A DNA stretch of 64,000 nucleotides. Origin: Candidatus Heimdallarchaeota archaeon. GTDB lineage: Archaea > Asgardarchaeota > Heimdallarchaeia > Hodarchaeales > Hodarchaeaceae. The position numbers and the translations under genes are program-made. The notes beneath the pieces were generated by a model. The model was not told the origin of the DNA. It saw nothing but the letters and a program-made list of their open reading frames with translations, and ran no database searches. The DNA is taken from assembly GCA_020353515.1 (NCBI GenBank), contig CP070695.1:2802155-2866154 (forward strand). The letters are read 5' to 3'. The stretch's first letter is position 1, and the number at the start of each line of letters is the position of its first letter. Shown piece after piece: positions 59,966 through 64,000 of the stretch.

Positions 59966-62212
59966 TTAGAACAAAAACCCAAAAGCACCCCATAGACTGA
60001 GGAGCCACGTAATTATAATCGCTATAATAATGAGTAACGTGTACAGGACTCTTTCGCCAATATTTGCTGGGGAGGTTCGATCGAAACCACCTCGCTTCGT
60101 CCAAGCGAAACCCACCAACAGAGCATAGACAATAACTGCTATCAAGTACGCAGCTATTAATCCGAACACAACAGCCATTGTAAAATGGTAACTTGCTTGC
60201 AGCTCAAACCATGTCGCGGGTTCTCCAGAGGTATTTATTAAGGAGCCCCACAAACGGGAGCCCTCATTCAGCATGAAAAAAGCAGGAATGAGGAGGGAGA
60301 ATTGAAGAGTCGACATAAATCTTGTGACGGAACAGAAATTCTCAATTTCCCATTTTCTTAGAAAGCCTGCTATTATACTTAAGGCAAGAAGGGGAATAAG
60401 GAGAACAACAACCAGAAACAAAAGAATTGCTTGAACCTGAAATAAAAGCATGAGAAAAGCAACCACGGCACCAGCTATACTGAGGAGTCTGAGGCCCTGG
60501 ACGAGACGTGTTTCCTCCAGCTGATACTTCCAGAGAGAACGAAGGTCTACAAGAATGTACAGAGGGAAAATTATGAGTCCAGAAAGGGAAATGAATTCTA
60601 TTAATGTCAGGCTCTCAGCAACCGATACAGGAAAGGATCTACGAACCCAAGCCTCTGGAGGGAACCAGCTGAAGTACATATGCGTCATCACGCCATTATC
60701 ATCCTCGAGAAAAGCTACAATGTCATTTGAACTTCCCTCCTTGTCAAGGAAGAGACCAGGTTCGACCTCAACAAAAACATTGTCGTAGCTGACATAAGAG
60801 GAAGGAGAACTAATTCGCTGGACACGAATCGAACCATCCTGATTTGCGGTCACGTGCATGGATTCCGTTGGAAACCCAGAAAGAAACCTCATTTTCTGAG
60901 CTGAGGAAACCAAGGCGTGAGAATTAAGATATTTCCCCACATATTTGTCCACTCTCTCTTCAAATCCTTCAAGAGGAGTGACTACTTTGGACGCAGGATA
61001 GTACCGATCCATAAAGGCTTCGACAAGCTCAGCCCCAGCGGCTCCTGCGGAATCAGTATTGTAACAGACATAAAGCCCAACATTCTCCTCAAGGAGCATA
61101 ACCTCGGTGGCTTGGAACCAGTAAGTGATACCTCCATGTCCGATCATCTCAAGCCCATTCATATCGCGTTCATAGAAGCCATAGCACACGCCATCCATTC
61201 TAGGGCGCGCTTCAAAATGCACTTGGTGCATGAGTTGAACGGTTTCATTTTGTAAGATCCTATTCTTATTATAGGTTCCATTGTTAAGGTGAGCAATGAG
61301 AAACCTTCCATAATCCTCTGCAGTCGTGATCAAACCTGCGGCGGGAGACATCGTAGCATACTCGGATGACCCCAAAACATACCCCTGGTGAGCGCTATAG
61401 TGATACGCACTAGACAGGTGGTCCAGAGCTTCTTCTGGCAGCACCCGCTCAAAGTAAGAATTGTTCATTCCCAAGGGGTTGAAGATAGCGGATCGGATGT
61501 AGTCGGGAAAGGGCATACCCGAGACAAGCTCGACGATGTAACCAAGAAGAGCATAACCGAAGTTAGAGTACATAGCTGCCTGGCCGGGAGGAATGATCCT
61601 TTTCGGGAGTTCAGCCCGAATGACTTCCTCGAGAGTAGGCAAGTTTTCATCTGTGGTCAAATAAACGGGCGCTAGGGTGTTCTGAAGGCCCGAGGTGTGG
61701 GAAAGTAAATGAGTTACGGTGATAGGTTCAGGGAAAGTGGCAGGAACTTTGAATGTATCGAGATAGTCATTAACATCTACGTTCAGATCGATCAAATCCT
61801 GCTCAACGAGCTGCATGATTGCAGTAGCTGTCACCGCTTTTGAAAGCGACCCAACGCGAAAAAGAGTAGTATTAACCATAACTGGCACCCGCACACCGTT
61901 ACTGTTGTCAAAAGACCCATACCCATTCGAATAATAGATCGCACCATCTTTAACTAAGCAGATATGGGCACCCAGAATGTGAGAGGCAATCTTTTGCTGA
62001 GTAATAAAATCATCAAAAAACAGGCGAACATCAGTAAGGTTGGAGAGATCCTGAGCAATGCTATACGGACTTTTATTGGATAGCGTATGAAATAGAGGAT
62101 CATTTACCGAGGTTCTGTATGTAGTAAAAGAAGATGAAAATACAATGCCAATGAACATAAAAAAGACAACAAGAACCAGTATACGGAGTCTGGACTCTCG
62201 AGGGTGTCTCAT
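59966..62212 (-). CDS. Membrane-anchored serine hydrolase (beta-lactamase/PBP family) with multi-TM C-terminus
   Basis: SLSK, LLSHTSG, YSN and HGG motifs; N-terminal signal and several C-terminal TM helices. Confidence 0.9.
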   Translation of the reverse strand: MRHPRESRLRILVLVVFFMFIGIVFSSSFTTYRTSVNDPLFHTLSNKSPYSIAQDLSNLTDVRLFFDDFITQQKIASHILGAHICLVKDGAIYYSNGYGSFDNSNGVRVPVMVNTTLFRVGSLSKAVTATAIMQLVEQDLIDLNVDVNDYLDTFKVPATFPEPITVTHLLSHTSGLQNTLAPVYLTTDENLPTLEEVIRAELPKRIIPPGQAAMYSNFGYALLGYIVELVSGMPFPDYIRSAIFNPLGMNNSYFERVLPEEALDHLSSAYHYSAHQGYVLGSSEYATMSPAAGLITTAEDYGRFLIAHLNNGTYNKNRILQNETVQLMHQVHFEARPRMDGVCYGFYERDMNGLEMIGHGGITYWFQATEVMLLEENVGLYVCYNTDSAGAAGAELVEAFMDRYYPASKVVTPLEGFEERVDKYVGKYLNSHALVSSAQKMRFLSGFPTESMHVTANQDGSIRVQRISSPSSYVSYDNVFVEVEPGLFLDKEGSSNDIVAFLEDDNGVMTHMYFSWFPPEAWVRRSFPVSVAESLTLIEFISLSGLIIFPLYILVDLRSLWKYQLEETRLVQGLRLLSIAGAVVAFLMLLFQVQAILLFLVVVLLIPLLALSIIAGFLRKWEIENFCSVTRFMSTLQFSLLIPAFFMLNEGSRLWGSLINTSGEPATWFELQASYHFTMAVVFGLIAAYLIAVIVYALLVGFAWTKRGGFDRTSPANIGERVLYTLLIIIAIIITWLLSLWGAFGFLF

Positions 62213-62670
62213 AAAAATCACTTCGCGAGGAACCGTTTTGTGCATGAACTACTTATAAAGGATTTTTTTGTTTTTCCATGAGAAGGTGCTTCATACTCAA
62301 CTTTTGACAAAAATTAGTCTTGGTGCGATTAGTAGGAGCTTCACATGTTTATTACAGTAGCCCTTTCTTTTTTTGAACTCCATCACACAGTGGATATCAC
62401 TGACGAGGCAATCACTTAGAGAAGGTTAGACATTTAGGAAAGAAAAGAAACCTTGACTTCAAGATAGTATCTTAGGCTTGGGGAGCATCAATAGCTATCT
62501 CAAAATGATCAGTAAAGAGCTCTTTATCTTCTTTTCTTCAAGGGTAGGATTTTTATATCTAATTAATCATGTGGAGAGAAGGATATCAATGAAAAGAACC
62601 TATCAAATATGTGATTTGTACAATAAGTGATACCAAGATTGGATATGAGAGACGAGGAACCCACAAGAAG

Positions 62671-62973
62671 CTAATCCCAGACGTAATGATCTTGATCATC
62701 ATCTACCTTTTTGAAAGTATATAGCAATCCCACACCACAACCTAGCATTAAGAGAACACCAAACATCCAATGATGGAAACCTGCGATATGAAATTGACTC
62801 AAATCGGGGAAAAGCCGTTCAGGGAATCCGATATCATCTAAAAATGGAGTAAGACCTTCCAAAAACGGAACAATGCGGATCTCGTCGAGAAAAAGGATAA
62901 AACCAACGACAAACCCAAGACCGAATAAGACATATAACAGAATTTTTTTCGAACCCATTTTTTCATACTCCAT
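62671..62973 (-). CDS. Small two-TM protein
   Basis: Two hydrophobic segments and an FHHWMFG motif. Confidence 0.65.
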   Translation of the reverse strand: MEYEKMGSKKILLYVLFGLGFVVGFILFLDEIRIVPFLEGLTPFLDDIGFPERLFPDLSQFHIAGFHHWMFGVLLMLGCGVGLLYTFKKVDDDQDHYVWD

Positions 62974-63118
62974 TGCTTTTCCTGATACAAGGTTTTTAAA
63001 AACGCTTTAGAAGCAATTAGGTAAAGCAGTCTCTCCTTTTTAAGCTTGTTAGGATCAGGTATTACTTGAAATTAGATATCTTTAAAAAGATAAAGTAATT
63101 ACTTTAATATGATAAAGT

Positions 63119-63868
63119 ATGCGCAACTTAATTGATCAACTATCTTATGAATTATTAAAAGAATTCCAAAACAATCCCCAAAATACGTTTCAAAACTTAA
63201 ATGCCATCATAACAAACACTGCAACCTTAACAACCCGATTAAAGCAATTAATAACACTGGAAGTATTAGAAAAAAGGAAAAGAATATATAAACTGACAAC
63301 AAAAGGGAGAAAGCTCATTGGTCTCCTAGATGAAGCCAGCCAACTTCTCAAAATGCCAAGAAAAGCGCCTAATCCATTCGAAAGGATTCCAAATACTCAT
63401 ATTATCGAATTATTGGAAGACTATGCGTTTTTACTCAAAAAACATTTCAAGGAAGCCCTCCTGTGTGTCTTCTTATTTGGATCATGTGCTCGAGGAAACT
63501 GGAACGAGGAGAGTGATATTGATCTGTTGATCATTGTGAAAGACTGGGAGATTCCCTCCTGGGAAAAATCTCGGGAACTAATTGAGGTGAAGAAAAAACT
63601 ACGAAGACGTGATTCATATAAAAATCTAAGACGAAAAAGGTATTACTTTCCCTTATCACACTATCCGCTGTCAGATACTGAATGTAAAAGATTTCATCCA
63701 GTATTCTATGATATCGTACTCGATGGAATCATTCTCTATGAGCAAAACCAATTCGGAACCCACCTCCTCAAACAGTACCAAAAAGAACTAGAACAGCAGA
63801 AGGCGAAACGGATAACAAAACCAAACAAAACGAGGTATTGGAGAATTGAAAAAGGACAAGGTGCCTGA
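63119..63868 (+). CDS. wHTH-fused MNT nucleotidyltransferase (antitoxin)
   Basis: N-terminal HxlR-like HTH (YKLTTKG); LFGSCARG..ESDIDLL; C-terminal RYW. Confidence 0.9.
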   Translation: MRNLIDQLSYELLKEFQNNPQNTFQNLNAIITNTATLTTRLKQLITLEVLEKRKRIYKLTTKGRKLIGLLDEASQLLKMPRKAPNPFERIPNTHIIELLEDYAFLLKKHFKEALLCVFLFGSCARGNWNEESDIDLLIIVKDWEIPSWEKSRELIEVKKKLRRRDSYKNLRRKRYYFPLSHYPLSDTECKRFHPVFYDIVLDGIILYEQNQFGTHLLKQYQKELEQQKAKRITKPNKTRYWRIEKGQGA

Positions 63869-64000
63869 AAGATCGCAACTGGCATTAAAACGAGCACAAA
63901 ACTGGCTTCAGAGCGCCCAAAGAGGGAAAGAAGATCAACGCTGGGATGATTGTGTCTATAATGCCCAAATGGCCGCAGAACAAGCAATAAAAGCGCTATT
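63861..64000 (+). CDS. HEPN domain protein (toxin), truncated by the window end
   Basis: GTG overlaps the MNT stop; MPERSQLALKRAQNWLQSA..WDDCVYNAQMAAEQAIKAL. Confidence 0.88.
   Translation, partial: MPERSQLALKRAQNWLQSAQRGKEDQRWDDCVYNAQMAAEQAIKAL

Noticed and set aside
11413-63987. Numerous antisense or nested ORFs in the track (e.g. 11413-11670, 30055-30375, 33423-33677, 39799-40176, 44556-44981, 60917-61255, 63736-63987)
   Set aside because: They overlap well-supported genes on the other strand or frame and show no motifs.
21451-64000. A single genomic island integrated at tRNA-Asn/Ile
   Set aside because: I saw no duplicated tRNA 3' end or integrase in the window, and the content is mostly ordinary accessory metabolism.

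Overview
AT-rich archaeal chromosome segment. Gene content and style suggest an Asgard archaeon, probably Heimdallarchaeia/Hodarchaeales; this placement is inference. Positions 1-21.5 kb are housekeeping: rpl12, RdgB, rps15-coiled coil-RecJ/GAN-Pcc1, an inverted rps3ae, herA-nurA, a fragmented spc operon (L32e-L19e-L18-S5-L30-L15 with no secY after it, S8-L6 displaced), an orphan C5 DNA methyltransferase, rpoL, PAN and MBF1. This part also holds six tRNAs. Four carry introns (seven introns in total, four at non-canonical positions), including a three-intron tRNA-Trp whose central intron encodes a C/D-box guide. After tRNA-Asn (21.6-64 kb) the region is accessory: peptidases and hydrolases, a second HerA/VirB4-like ATPase, a SatD pair behind a 4x29-bp operator array, several disrupted genes (Csa3-like CARF, LigD phosphoesterase, YdjM-like hydrolase, DinB), beta-helix surface proteins (one fused through a TM helix to a wHTH), PadR-HAAS and an MNT-HEPN pair. 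The best candidate for an undescribed system is a twice-repeated cassette: a divergent (putative) peptidase gene, a ~510-aa Lrp/AsnC-like protein and a convergent 9-12-codon Pro-rich micro-peptide ORF. No CRISPR array, rRNA, integrase or transposase was seen.
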